From contig NC_068981.1 of the NCBI RefSeq assembly GCF_001194135.2, forward strand, positions 86,407,741 to 86,471,740: 64,000 nucleotides of DNA, written 5' to 3'. The notes beneath the pieces are model-generated. The model ran no database searches, was not told the DNA's origin, and saw nothing but the letters and a program-made list of their open reading frames with translations. The stretch's first letter is position 1; every line of letters begins with the position of its first letter. Below are positions 49,617-63,790 of this stretch, in pieces. The position numbers were made by a program, and so were the translations under genes. This stretch comes from Octopus bimaculoides (taxonomy: Eukaryota).

Positions 49617-50819
49617 GTATGTTTCTGTGTCTGTGTTTGTCCCCCCAACATTGCTTGACAACTGATGCTGCTGTGTTTACGTCCCTGTAACATACCGGTT
49701 TGGCAAAAGAGACTGATAGAATAAATACTAGGCTTACAAAAAATAAGTGCGACTAAAGGCGGTGCTCCAGCGTGGCCACAGTCAAATGACTGAAACAAGT
49801 AAAAGAATAAAAGAATCTTGAAAAATTGATTCTTTTGTGGAGTGGATCACTTACAGATCTTTGCTTCTCAACAATGGTTATATGTTTTGTTCCTTTTGTA
49901 TTGGACACTTCTTATTTAACAGAATCCTGTTAGCAGTCCTCATAATGATAAAATTACTACATTTGCTATGTATTTTGCTTAAAACTTCTCATACATCACA
50001 TATATCCTACAACCTGTTTCCAGTTAACTTTTCTCATCAGGCATGATAGTGTTTTCAGTCTCTCTTGTTTTTGCGAATACTAGAAAATAGTGAAATTGTA
50101 TGCCTGCAAATTGGCCTTTTTCTTTCTTTATATATATCAACTATATTCAGATTTGGAAATCTGACAAATCTATTCTATCCCTAAGAAAGACAACTTCACT
50201 GATTGTACCAACTAGACTTGCACACTCACCTCCAATATATTAAGGTTGATGGAAATATTTATAGGTGAAGCATTACATACTAGTGGTATTTTGGGCATCC
50301 AGCCATAGAAACCATGCCAGCATGGGAAGAGGATGCAAAATGATGATGATGATGATGATGATGATATCTTCAGGAAAGTCAAGTTATTTCATTTTACTTG
50401 TGGAAAGGCTTTCAAAGTATCAAAGTATGAGAATCTTGAAGTAAAGATTGTTTGCCAACATAACATGGCAGTCCTTGTTTAAGAAGAATGTTGCTGTAAT
50501 TTAGCCCCAGGAGACATCGTCTCCAGCTGGCTATATGACATGATCTGTGTCCTTATATTTTCGAACAAGGGAATCTAGCACCCCCACTCAGCTCAAAACA
50601 ATATCTGGGGCTAAATTACAGTAACATGCGTCCTAAACAAGGACTGTCATGTTATGTTGGCAAACAATCTTTACTACAAAGTACTGTTGCTGAATATCTC
50701 ATGTTGTGAGATTTAAAGATAGTAATTTTTTTTTATGAGAATCTTGTTAAGCATTTTTTACTACATAGTGCAATTTTTATTTAAAAATGTTTTTTTTTCT
50801 TTTATAATTTTTCTTTTAG

Positions 50820-51019
50820 AGTTAATGAAGCAAATATGGCAATTATGAGTAATCAACTTGAAGAGATGTACAATTGTCACAGTCGTGCTATTCTAAATAA
50901 ATGCTTCTTTGAAAACATTTGTAGCACTGCAATTCGACTGGAGTCAAGTCTAGATCGTCTCCTTCTGGAGCTGGCTCTACTTATTGTTATTATTCACAGT
51001 AATGTTGGTGAGGAAATTG
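50820..51019 (+). CDS. NOM1: NOM1 exon 6, start of the MIF4G domain (R-VNEANMAIMSNQLEEMY...IHSNVGEEI-G)
   Basis: ttttag acceptor and gtaagt donor, 200 nt, phase 2-1. Parallels recalled human NRLSEPNMASISGQLEELY...LHHTVGIEVG. Confidence 0.95.
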
Positions 51020-52043
51020 GTAAGTATATTATTGATAGAGAATTCATTAACTTAAGTGTCTCAATACATTCAATACTGCATGATTAGCTGCTTCCATTGT
51101 CATTCATTGTTTTTTTACCACTTGCTGAGTCTGCCCATGACCATTGCAAGTTGTCTAAGGATGGTGAGTTTGATAGCATTATTGTTCTGATTGAACTGTT
51201 GCAGATAGACACAGGGAAAGACATGAGCTAAGAGAAGATTCCGGTGGGAGGCTGGGGAGAAAGAACTGAGAGGTTAGAGCAGGGCTAGTGGGAGCTGCAC
51301 ACAATTGAAGGTGACATGAGATAAGATGTGTTGGTGAGGGGTGCATGAATGATGCAAGTGAACCAGTTTTGAGGAATAGGAGCTGTTGTAGTTGCAGTAG
51401 AAAGTACAGAGAACAGAGACACATGCCTGTGGGCCAGTGACTAGATTGTGTCCATTTGTGATTGATTGTCATTCAGGTAAATGTTCAGCAAGAAATTGCA
51501 GAACTCTCACATGTCAAACAATAGGAGAGTCCATGTGACATGTAAAATACACCATTTCAAGCGTAGCCATTGATCGTTACCAACGTCGCCTCCCTGGCAT
51601 TTGTGCCAGTGGCACGTGAAGGGACATTCGAGCGAGATCGTTGCCAGTGCCGATGGACTGGCTCCTGTGCAGGTGGCACGTAAAATACACCATTTCGAGC
51701 ATGGCCGTCGCCAGTACCGCCTGACTGGCCCTCGTGCCGGTGGCACGTAAAAGCACCCACTACACTCTCGAAGTGGTTGGCATTAGGAAGGGCATCCAGC
51801 TGTTGAAACTCTGCCAAATCAGATTGGAGCCTGGTGTCGCCTTCTGGTTCACCAGTCCTTGGTCAAATTGTCCAACACATGCTAGCATGGAAAGCAGACG
51901 TTAAACGACGACAATGATGATGATGATAATAATTTATTAGATGAAGTTAAATCTTTAAATGAGCTCTTTAATTATACCATACAAGTATGGTATGATTTAT
52001 TTATATTATATATTTAATCACTCACTTTCTGTTTTGCTCACAG

Positions 52044-52156
52044 GTGCCTATATAATTCAAAATTTGGTAGAAAATATGCATAATTACCGAAAGAAAAGCA
52101 GTGGTAAAAAGCTGAATAATGTTATTACTCTGATGTGTTGCATGTTTAATTTGAAG
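52044..52156 (+). CDS. NOM1: NOM1 exon 7 (G-AYIIQNLVENMHNYRKKSSGKKLNNVITLMCCMFNLK)
   Basis: ctcacag acceptor and gttggt donor, 113 nt, phase 1-0. MIF4G helix pattern. Confidence 0.93.
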
Positions 52157-52839
52157 GTTGGTTTGATTTTATTACAACTCCTTACCTATTTTTTTGTACT
52201 CTATGAATTAGTTACTCAGTGTCATATGTTCATAATATGTCTATAAATTATATTTTGTCTATTTTTATACAAGTATAAAAATCAATATTCTTTAGACAAT
52301 ATTGGTATCACCAAAAATATCTTAAAATACTTTCTCTTCCAATTATTTAATTAGATTTTTCGTATTTTTAGTTCAGCATGTGTGACTTATTTTACTACAT
52401 GATTAGACTTTCTAAAAACTTTCATAAAATCTTCATTTAAAGCTCTCATTCTAAGGGGAAGTTTCTGTTTCTTTATGAGATTCTATGGCATGCAGGTCTG
52501 CCTTCTATGATGGAAATCTTCATTAATAGAAATTTACATTGGTTGGGTCGCATACACAGGTTGGACAACAACACTCCTCAAACAAATCCCTTACTCCTAA
52601 CTATGCAAGGGGAAAAGAAACCAGGGAAGACCTAGACTGAGATTCAAAAATATTGCAAAAAGGAATTGATCATAATAAATGGCAAACCCAAACGAAAAAC
52701 TGACCAGCTTGGAGAAAGCTTATCAAAGTCATGCTTAAGCCATGAGCAATCATAGTTGTGACGACTGACTGCAGATAAATTATCTCGTCAAGAATGCAAC
52801 ACATGTATATAATGATTTTTGGGGAATCTAACTCAAGGG

Positions 52840-55800
52840 GCAGTGCCCATGACCATTGCAGGCTCCTTAAGGCTAGTGAGCTTGATGCTATTGTTCAGAG
52901 AAAAGGGTGAGGGTTCCCATGATCTTTACAGGTCACCCTTGTCTCACTTCTTTAAGCTGGTGATGTTGATGTAGTTGATATTCAGCCCTGACATCTACAT
53001 GAAGAGGGACAGATTTCTAATGGATTTCAGTTATTGGGATGAACGATTAGATGGTGTGTATAGTGTTGGGTCTAGGAGACAAGACACTGTATGAAGGACA
53101 AGTGTGTCAAGTGAACCTGGGCTGAGGTGGGTATACAACTTGCTGTTTCAGAGGTGTTGAGATCATTATAATAGTGAAAAAAGAGGGAGAAAGAAATCAT
53201 CTGGGCCTTCTTTTCAGTGTAGTCCCAGATGTATGAGTTTTTGCATTTTGTAGAATCAACAAAACTTTATCTATTTCATGCAGTTTTGGCAGTGTTATAT
53301 GCAAAAGGCCACCATGAGGTCATCAGAAACTGTGAGGTCAAGTAATTATTGTGACTGAAGGTTTTATTTAAATATTGTTCATGTTTAGAGGAGATGAGTA
53401 TAGTACAAGTCTTGTTTCATTGATGAGTAATGGTTACGTCTTTGTGCCTAGGTATTATATCATTATTGAAGGATATTTTCAAATTGGCATGTGCAAGTGA
53501 CATGAGGTGTCTAGGTTACTTGTGCATAATTAAAGGAGAAGTGAAAGATGGTATCATCTACATGAAGAATATGTGCTTTTAGAAGTGGCAGCAAGTAGGT
53601 CATAAATACATAGAAAGAAATGGTAGAGACATAACCAAACCGTAAAGTTTTCCTGAGTTGATTGAATGTGGATCAGAGAGAGAGCTTCATCAGTGTATAC
53701 TGCTCTGGAGGTTCTTCTGTCAGACACAGTTCAAGGCTTTGCTGATGTTAGGTGCAACAGCTGGTGTATGAAATAGGAGGGCAAGTTTGGCTCTATAGAA
53801 TCTACATTTGTGGTCAATAAAGAAGGGAAAGAGAAAGACTTGAAGTAATGAAGTTGTTTACAACTGTTTTCACTGCCTTTAAATTACTGGGAATGGGAAG
53901 AGTTGACAGAGTCAGAATGTCCTTGATGATAATCACACACACTTTAATGTGTTTCTGTAGATTAGAATGGATTCTGAAAGAGCAAAAGAGAGAGCGAAAG
54001 ATTAAAGGGTTCTGCAAGGATAAGAATTAGCTCTGGAACACATTGATTGCAGTGAATGGAAAGCAAACAGTCAAAGCAGGTTAATGGTTGGGTTTAAGTG
54101 ATCACCAAAGTAGAGTTTAGGTGTTTTCTTGTATTAGAAATAAGAGCAGAAAATACAGTGAATTGGAGTATACCATATTGCTAATAGAGACTTAACTTTG
54201 CAAGAGACTAAGAAATTTCTGTCAGTATTTCAGTGATGGATTATTTGACTTCCTGTTAGTGAGATGTGATTTTCATTGAGTGTTTTGGGAAGTATTCTTT
54301 AACTATATAACATCAATCAGTTGGAGTTTTATGAGAATATGACTTTTGGTCGAGTGAAGTGTTTGAATGGACATGTCTTAGATGGTGAAAAGATTAAATG
54401 CATTTACTGCCAGGGGTAGTTAGCATAAATTTGGTGAAGCATATAACCAGTTAGATGACTTGAAGTATCAGAGAGGTCAAGAGAAAGTGAACTGAGATAG
54501 ATGTCTGCAATGCAGATTGAAAGAGAGAGAGAGGTAGGTAGGCAGGCAGGCATGCATACACACACACACACTCTCACATACTTACTCACTCACTTCCTTC
54601 AATATTTTGTTCAGGCAATGTGATACTAATAACCTGGTGTTAGAACTCAATATACATACGCTTCAGAATGAAGCATCAGTCAAGTACAGAGCACTAATAA
54701 GAACTTGGGTTGACAAAGGAATAAATAATTGTGTTTGCATCTTATAGCAGAAACAGCTGTAAGCTAATGAAGTTCATAACATAATTGTTTATTCCTATGC
54801 TATCCCAATTTCTTATATATATATATGTATATATATCATGATCATTGTTTAACATCCGCTTTTCATGCTGGCATGGGTCATCATCATCATCATCATTTAA
54901 CATCCACTTTCCATGCTGGCATGGGTTGGACGGTTTGAATGGAACTGGTAAGCTGGAGAGCTGCACTAGGTTCCAGTCTGATTTGGCATGGTTTCTATGG
55001 CTGGATGCCCTTCCAAATGCCAACCACTCCAAGAGTGTAATAGGTGCTTTTTACATGCCACTGGCATGGGTGCCAGTTATGTGACGCTGGCATTGGCCAC
55101 AAGTACGATTTCACTTGGTTTGATGAGTCTTCTCAAGCATAACTTGTTGCCAAAGGTCTTGGTCACTTGTCATCATTTCCGTAAAGCCCAACATTCTAAG
55201 ATCATGCTTCACCACCTTGTCCCATGTCTTCCTGGATCTACCTCTTCCACACACACATCTTTCATCATCACCATATCTACCTCTCTCTTGGGCAGCATTG
55301 TAGCCACACCACTCCATTCATATATGATGCAGAGTTTCCATGAAGCTCTTTCATGCCAAAAACATGTTCCTGTTCCTCCTATCACATTTTAACTGCTCAA
55401 CATCTTACATAAAACGATCTACCTCTCAGGCAAGGAAACTATTCAATCATACAAGTTACAAATTGACATTACTAGTGCTGTGATAATGCACCCAGTACAT
55501 TCTGTAAACTGGTGGTAGCCATTAGAGAGGATATTCAACCATAAGAACCATGCTAAAACTGATATTCTGGAACAAGTTGTGATCCTTCAATCTTGATCCT
55601 GTCTAACCATCCAACACATGCTATTATAGAAAGAAGACATAAAATGATGAGGATGTTGACTGTGATATATAGAGGATGAGAAGAATAAAATGTGTTTTAT
55701 ATATTAGGAGGAGGAAGTGGATGAGATTGAAGCCTACAGTAAAATTCCTAAGAGGGAGAATTTTCCTAGAGGAAGTTAGTGGCTGCTAGTGGATCTCTCA

Positions 55801-57560
55801 GAATTTTATACTTGTTTGGGGCCCCAGTGACAAACTAGAAGGAAAGTTTATACACCTGCAAAGCTTGCTGTGACATGACTTAGTCATCTATATGTAGTGA
55901 TACACAGGAAGATACAGCATGAAAGTATATTCTTAATGTTTGTAACAGAATAACTTCCCCTAAAGGCCCCAATAATTATATAGTGGTGTGTTAACTCAAT
56001 CACTTCCAAACATTTTTTAAAAGAGCTTTGGTGCATTACAGTGGTACTAGCACTAGGAAAGTTATTTTGCAGCTCTCAGAGATCTTTCTGCTCTGTGTCG
56101 ATCATTTGCAATTCCTTCCCTTGAGCTGTAGAGGCCAAATCTCTTAAAATAGTTTTTTGATGGATGATTAAATGTTTGAGAGATTACCAGAAGACTTGGC
56201 GTTTACAGAGAGAGAGAGAGAGGGTAGAAGAGAAGTGAAGAAAGCAATAAAATAAAAACAAGCTAGAAAGAGAATTTGAAGCGATGTACTTTGTGATGAG
56301 CAGTAATTCTCTTAGTAAAAATAGTTGAGATGTAGAGATAAGAGAAAGTGTAGAACAGGTCAACAGGATTGGAAGCAGGCCAGAATTACATCAAACTAAT
56401 AGGTAATTGATGAGGGTGGGGGCCAGTAAGTGGCCTATCACCAGGTTTTTTAGTTAGTGGGTAGTTATTTTTGATACATCAACATAGCATGACTGATCAT
56501 TAATTCCCCAAAAGTGAACAGATAGAAATCCAAAATAGATTTAAGTGGTGATGATGGTAGAAGAAGAAGAAATAAGAAGGGATAAAAAATTTTAAGAAAA
56601 TGGAAACTTTGTGACTAATTCACATCATTTGCTTTCTAATTAGCAAATCACCCAGACATAGTTATAATAGTTTGAAAGATGATATGAAGGCAGTAGGATT
56701 CAAAATTATCATATGATGTTTTTATTTATGATCTGTTTAATTCAGTAGTATTATGTATTAATAATAATTAGAAGAATGCTTTCTTTTTATGAACTCACAT
56801 TTTAATGTTAGAGTATCTTAGTGGTTTTTAAAAAAAATTTTGTTAAAGATTCAGTATATTAGCTATTTGTGTCTTCCACTATCATCACAGGTCAACCAAA
56901 GTCTTGTGGGTGGATTTGGTAGACAGAATTTGAAATAAGTCCATCATGTGTGTGTATGTATGTTGGTATATGTGTATGTAAGTGTTTGTGTCTCTTTGTC
57001 TACTTATAAATGCTCATCACCATTATACAAGTGTTGCCCCTCGTTTACAGTCATCTGTGAGAACATGTCCTTGTTCTTATAGCTAAATCACTACCAGAAC
57101 TAGAGAAGAAGTTCTTGGTATGGAAGCAAGGTCTAGAATCAAGGGGCCTTAGAGTTAACCTAACAAAAAACAAAGTCTTAGAAAGTAGGAAGACAGACAA
57201 ATGACAAATCCCTTCAGGTAGTTGGCTCCACTTAATCTGTAGAAAAAGTGTAGGTAGAAACTCCATAAGATGCCCCTAGTGTAAGCTTTGGACACATAAA
57301 AGATGCAGTAATATCAGAGGAAGGTTAACAGGGAAAATAGCTTTTGTGTGTGTGGAAGATGCACAAGTTCAATAAACACTGAAAATGTACAGAAAATAGA
57401 CTCCATCAACTGCCAGATGGGTAAGCTAGAGGTATCTAGGTGACCAAGTGAGTAGCAGAGGTGGATGCTCTGAGAGCGTGGCTGTGAGAATAAGTTTAGG
57501 CTAAGCAAAGTGCAGAGAGTTCCTACCTCTGCTGGCGATAAAAGGATTCTCTCTCAGAGT
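52840..57560 (-). mobile_element. Fragmented old CR1-like LINE (endonuclease and RT remnants), interrupted by younger repeats; related piece at 51100-51480
   Basis: Minus strand near 53560-53640 reads FFLCIYDLLAATS...VDDT (FINDL...YADDT-like). Purine-rich + strand throughout. Boundaries approximate. Confidence 0.55.
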
Positions 57561-58320
57561 GAAAAGCAGATTGTATGATGCCTGTATGTGAACAGCTGTG
57601 CTACACAGCAGTGAAACATGGGCTGTGATAGCCGAGGGCATGCGCTGGCTTGGAAGAAATGAAGCCAGTATGCTTCACTGGATGTGCAGTGTCAGTGTGC
57701 ATGTTCAACAGAATGTAAGCATGTTGAGAGAAAAGTTGGGCATAAGAGGCATCAGATGTGATGTGGATAGATGAGGACAGCTATGGGAAGAAGTGCCGAT
57801 CTCTAATTGTGGAGGAAACTTGTGGTAGAGATAGACCCAGGAAGATATGGGGTGAGGTGGTGAAGCATGATCTTTGAACTTTGGGCTTCACAAAGGCAAT
57901 GACTGATGACAAAGACCTTTGGAGATATGCTGTACTTGAGAAGACCTGTCAAGTGAAATCGTAGTCATGGTTGATGCTGGTGTCATGTAGTTGGCACTTA
58001 TGCTGGTGGCACATAAAAAGCACCTTTTGAGTGTTGGGCCTCACAGAGGCAATGATTGAGACCTTTGGCATTATGTCATGCTTCAGAAGACCCAGCAAGC
58101 CAAGTAAAATCGCAGTTGTGGCAGATACTGATGGCACCTGTACCGGTGGCACATAAAAGCGCCCATTATGCTCTCAGAATGGTTGGCATTAGGATGGGCA
58201 TCTAGCCATAGAAACCATGCCAAATCAGCCTGGAATCTGGTGCAGCCTTCCAGTTTGCCAGCCCTGGTCAAACCATCCAACCCATGCCAGCATGGACAAC
58301 GGATGCTAAATGATTTTGAT
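57530..58320 (+). mobile_element. RTE LINE 3' fragment with RT end, modular UTR and tail
   Basis: Homologous to 33769-34246 (gaaacatgggctgt...agaaatgaagccagtatgct...gagaagac), continuous with the shared tail. Confidence 0.85.
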
Positions 58321-59782
58321 GATGATTTTTCACTTACAACTTTTTTTATTATCCTGTAATGTTGAATATATTGTCTTTCTACGTTAAATGCAGTGCTATT
58401 ATTTAAATAGTAACATCCAGTTATCTATCCACCAATCTTTTACACCTACTATTTCTGAGAGAGTCATGGTATCTCCTTCATAGGGTCCTATCAGAAGCAA
58501 CTGTCATGGCATTTTTGTGTAGTAACATTAGTTCTTTTAAATATATTCTTGCCATTGCTCTCTCTCACACATTATCTTAAGCAAATGTACAAGCTTTAGA
58601 GAAGTGAGTACTTTTTATTCTTATGGCATACAAGATAACTTCTCATACTGGTATCATGATAAAAATGCATTCATACACAATGCAAAATGCTTGGTAAAGG
58701 AACAGGGAAAGAGGCCCCTTTAGTCCTGACCCATTAAGGACATGACAGACTCCATTAGTGCTGGTACCTCAATGAAATGCACCCAGTACATTCTGTAAAG
58801 TAATTGAATGAGTGGAAAAAAGCATAGGGTCATGAGGAATGCTTTGCCATTGCACACCAGCTCTAGTGAGGTTATCTTGCCAAGGACATGACAACCCCTT
58901 TTATGTTGGTGCCATGATAAAATGCATGCAGACCATAGAAACCAAACCAAAAATTAAATGGATGAGCAAGACCATCTTCCCATCTGCTTATGAGGTCAGT
59001 GACTCCCAACAGTAAGAACTGACCTACACTGTGACAACATGGTTGACCCATGCTGAAAGTAGATGACAATAATGGTGATGATAGTGATTACTGTTGTTGA
59101 TGCTGCTTCCACTACCACCTCCCCCTCCCTCCCTCTTTATCTTCCTGCTGCTGCTGCTGGTATTTGTTCTAGCAGTTTACAGTTTGCTTTCAAATACCGC
59201 TAAAATCATCTTCGTTTTTCACCCTTTCAAGATCAATAAAATTAAATAGCAATCAAGAACTAGGGTCAATGTGGTTGACTTGCCCCCTTCCCTCAAAATT
59301 GCACGTCTTGTACTTAAATTAGAAACAATTATTCATCATCATCATCATCATCATCATCATCGTTTAACGTCCGCTTTCCATGCTAGCATGGGTTGGATGA
59401 TTTGACTGAGGACTGGTGAAACCAGATGGCTACACCAGGCTCCAATCTGATTTGGCAGAGCTTCTACAACTGGATGCCCTTCCTAACGCCAACCACTCTG
59501 AGAGTGTAGTGGGTGCTTTTATGTGCCACCGGCACGAAGGCCAGTCAGGCGGTACTGGCAACGGCCACGCTCAAATGGTGTATTTTATGTGCTACCCGCA
59601 CAAGAGCCAGTCCAGGGGCACTGGCAACGATCTCGCTCGAAAGTCCTTACACATGCCACAGGCACAAGTGCCAGAAAGGCGACGCTGGGCACAGGTTTTA
59701 TTATTTTATATTATGTATATTTTTTCTTATTTTTTTTCTCTTTTTTATGTATATTTTATATTGTGTATATATTTTTTTCCAG

Positions 59783-59876
59783 ATATTCCATTCCACTCTG
59801 TTGTTTGACCTGATCAGATTATTTATGGATTCTTTTCAAGAAAAAGATGTGGAAATTCTTTCAATAATATTCAAAA
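59783..59876 (+). CDS. NOM1: NOM1 exon 8 (IFHSTLLFDLIRLFMDSFQEKDVEILSIIFK); gene continues beyond the window
   Basis: ttttccag acceptor and gtaaaa donor, 94 nt, phase 0-1. Parallels recalled LIFDILKKLIGTFTEKDIELILLMLK. Confidence 0.92.
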
Positions 59877-61855
59877 GTAAAAATCTATTTTCAATACTGT
59901 CATATTGTACATGAACACTATGTTTATCATTCTTGATTAATGTTTGCATGGCATGTAAATTAACAATAACATTTTGAAATTAAATCAATTAATTGTAGGT
60001 GCAGATGTGTCATAGGTGCTGGCACAAGTGTGTGATTAAGAAGTTTGCTTCCAAACCACATGTTTCCAGGTTCAGTCCCACTGTATGGCATCTTGGACCC
60101 TGGGTCAGCTAAAATCTTGGTAGTGGAGTTGGTAAAGTGGAAACTGAAAGAAGCCCATCATACAAACGTATGAATGTATGTGTGTTAGGAAGGGCATCCA
60201 GCCATAGAAACCATGCCAAAACAGACATGGAGCCCAGGCAGCTCTTCAGCTGGCCAGTTCCTGTCAAATCGTCCAACCCATGCCAGAATGGAAAACGGAC
60301 ATTAAATGATGATGATGATAATGATATACATGTGTGTGTATGCATGTGTATGAGGGTGTGTATGCTTGTATCTCCTTGACCTGACATTTCATAATGTAAG
60401 TGAATGTTATCCATTTCCAATCTTCTGTGAAAATGTGTTTGACCATAGGGAAATATTACCTTTCTCTTGACACAAATAAGGATTGGCAATAGAACACATC
60501 TGGCTATAGAAAAATCTGCCTCAGTAAACTCTGTCTACAAGCATGGAAAAGTGAGCATTAAATCAATGATGATGATGATAGTTTATTTAAGCTACAGGAA
60601 CTGTGACTTATATTAACTACAAGAAACCTGGATGAAGTCTGCTGATTCATTACATTACTCCATTCCCCTATCATATTAGCTTTGTTCAAATTCCACCGAG
60701 GCTGACTTTGCTTTTCATCCTTTTGGGGTTGGTAGAATAAGTACCAGTCAAATACAGGGGTCAATGAAATCGAGTAGGTCCCTCCCAACAAATTTCAGGT
60801 CTTGTGCCTATAGTAGAAAGGATTGTTAGTGTATTGTAAGGTGGTGAGTTGACAAAAATAATAATTCGTGAAACTTCATATTTACTTCCTTCATTTAAAA
60901 TCCTCAGTTTCGGGCCAACTTTATCCTTCACCCCCTCACACTTGATAAAATAAGGAGTTAAGTACAAAGATTGATTCATTCATCTCTTTGAAAAATTTAG
61001 CCTTGTATCTAGTTAAAGAAATCAATATTATTGCATTATTATTATTGTATTTTATATTGTTGAATAACATGAGTCAGCTTTATTTTAAGTCTACACTGAC
61101 TCAGCACCTTGCACATATTCTTTTGAGTTTTGCTTGTAAACAAGCTGCTGCTGTCCCATTTGTTTAATAATTGCAAAAAAGAAAAAAAAATTGTGGTTAT
61201 ATAGACTATGCAAAGTTTGTTGAAAGAAACTTGGTTTCTTTCATTGAGCTGGTTGAGCATTTACATAAATACTGTCACATTGGTTTTAAAATATACCCCT
61301 CATTCATTTTAGGTCTGTTTTCTCTTGTTTGCGTGGGTTAGATGAATATGTTATTGACCTATTGTTTTACAGCCTGATGCCCTTCTTATCACTAACCCTT
61401 AACCTTTTTTCAAATAAAGGCTCTCGTATTCCATGTGGCTTCAAAGATGTCAAGTGGCTTCAAAGATGTGAAGCAAGTGGATGATTGGTTGCAAGAGAAC
61501 TAACAACAACACTACACATTGCTATTTTCTTAGAGCAAGTGTAAATAGCTTCATATATATGATGAGCTTCTTTCAATTTCTATTTACCAAATTCACTCAA
61601 AATAATTTAGGCCTACCCATTATGCCTAGTCATTGTCATAATGCTAGCACATTCTCAGTGAACCAGGTTTGCAATCCTATTGAACATACTTTTGATTGTT
61701 AATGTTCTTCAGAATGGTAAGAACATAATAAGGATTTATTTTTATAATTATGTGTATTGTGATTTTAGAATAGGTATGATGTGTTCTTGTATGTCATAAA
61801 AGATAACTAAAACAGTTGGCATCAAGAAAAACACCTGACTGTAAAACAGTTTTAA

Positions 61856-62058
61856 CCCTTTAGCATTCAGATTTATTGTCATGTAATACTTATTTATTCA
61901 TATTGTTTTAAATTAATCAGGCATTATCTTGTTGCTTTAAGATTTTGATGAGGTAACTGTTTACTTTTTATGGTAGGTACAAGAGGCCAGATCTGGCTGG
62001 TTTGAACATGAAACATAGAATATTTGGACCTGATATGGCTGGTTTAAATGCTAAAGGG
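61856..62058. mobile_element. piggyBac-like MITE
   Basis: TTAA|CCCTTTAGCATT ... AATGCTAAAGGG|TTAA: perfect 12-bp TIR with TTAA target duplication. Confidence 0.9.
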
Positions 62059-62957
62059 TTAAAAAATAGGGATCCATAATGAATACAATTAAAACTGGTG
62101 TGAGGCTTGCAAGGTTAACCCTTGTTAATAGTAGTCTCTCATAGTCCAAGAAAGACGGTTCTGTGATTTCTTGCTGAATAACCTGTGCAGTCGATTTGTT
62201 TATAGTGATTAAATGTTTATGCTGTACATTAGCTCACTTTCTCCATCAAATTGATGTTGCCTGAACAGTTGTACAATGTGTTACAAGTCAGATGCCAACA
62301 TGATCCTATAACAACATGAAATGAAGTGTTTTGCACAAAAACATAACGCACTACCTAGTATGGCAATCAAAACCATAATCTTGTGATCATAAGTACAGCA
62401 TTCTAACCACTAGGTCTTGCAGCTTGTATTAGCAGGGAAAATGTTAAAATATTTACTATTGTTCATCATTGTTTTCGCATCTGCTTTTACCACTCTGATT
62501 TGGACGAGACTTCATGAATCAGTGTTCGGTGGCCAGATACTCTCTTCCTGGTAGCAACCCTTAGTTGTTTTTCAAGGAAGATACTTTGTTTCCATGGTCT
62601 TTGTATGTTGAACTTCTGCGTTAAATGACTTAAAACCCCACAGTTGGTGAAGCAGTATCAGTATGACTGCACCCAGAAACAGACACACATACATGCACAC
62701 TCAGTGTGTGTGTGTGTGAATATCTATATCCTGCACACTTTGTATGAAAATTGTACTGAACTATAAGCAATAAAGTGTGTTGTCATTTTCTGTGAAGAAA
62801 TCGTCTGCAGTTTCAAAGATATGGGATAAAAGGTCCCTTATTTGGAAAACAGTTGAGGGTTAGTAACACGAAGAGCTTTTAAAATTCGTCTAACTCATGC
62901 TAGTATCAAAAAATTTACATAAAAACGAACAAAGTATCAAATGTACTATATATATAT

Positions 62958-63790
62958 ACTAGCAGTATAACCCGACCTTGTCCGGGTGTGACTTATTATG
63001 CCATCTACGATAAGTCTTGCTAGCTGAAAATCAACTAAAAAAGAAAGCCTTACAACGAAAAAACCCTTATGATGTAAATATGTTCATAATTCAAAAGACG
63101 ATGAAATTAATAGGGAAAGTCTGAAGGCTGTTTTGCGTAAAATTATTAAGCATATGTAAATTTCANNNNNNNNNNNNNNNNNNNNNNNNNNNNNNNATTG
63201 GCTATAGAAATGCTTGTGCAAAACAACTTTTTGCGCTGCCCTGATTATACATAGCAGGGTAATCCCTTTTAGCAGGAGCTAGGACGGCAATTTCTGATGA
63301 AGCAATTGCTGGCGATCTGTTGCTACACAGTTTTGCCAGAATTCTATCAGATTGGGCAGAAGATGTTGATGCACCATTTTGCATTATGTTCAAAATAGCT
63401 TCTGGAATGTGGTGCATTACTGCAGTCTGTTGCTGTCATTTTAAACCGGTTGCTGTCTTTCCCCAGCAAACTCTTCTTTGGAGGCATAATCTATGTATAT
63501 ATTAAACAGAACAACAAAAGTTATAATAGATGGCAGTGTCGGTACTTTTCGCATATCTGTAATTTTTCAGATTAACACCCGCACGATTACCCAACCCTAA
63601 TCCTAACACTAACCCTAAACCCTAACCCTAACCCTAAAAACCGTAGCCGTAACATTAATCCTAAACCTTAACCCTGACCCTGACCCTAAAATCCTAACCC
63701 TAACACCCTAGTGAAAATCTTGGTAAATTTACAAAACATTGACGAACATGAGTTATATTTTACTGAATGATTGTGTACTTGCACGTGTAT
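62958..63790. mobile_element. Helitron-like element containing degenerate telomeric repeats
   Basis: Terminus ACTAG inserted at a TA run, with hairpin ACCCG/CGGGT (62970-62987). Weak PIF1-like peptide ILAKL.SNR...AIASSEIA on the minus strand. Confidence 0.45.
63590..63711 (-). repeat. Degenerate interstitial (TTAGGG)n-like tract
   Basis: About 20 imperfect TAACCC/CCCTAA units (e.g. aaccctaaaccctaaccctaaccctaa). Confidence 0.85.
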
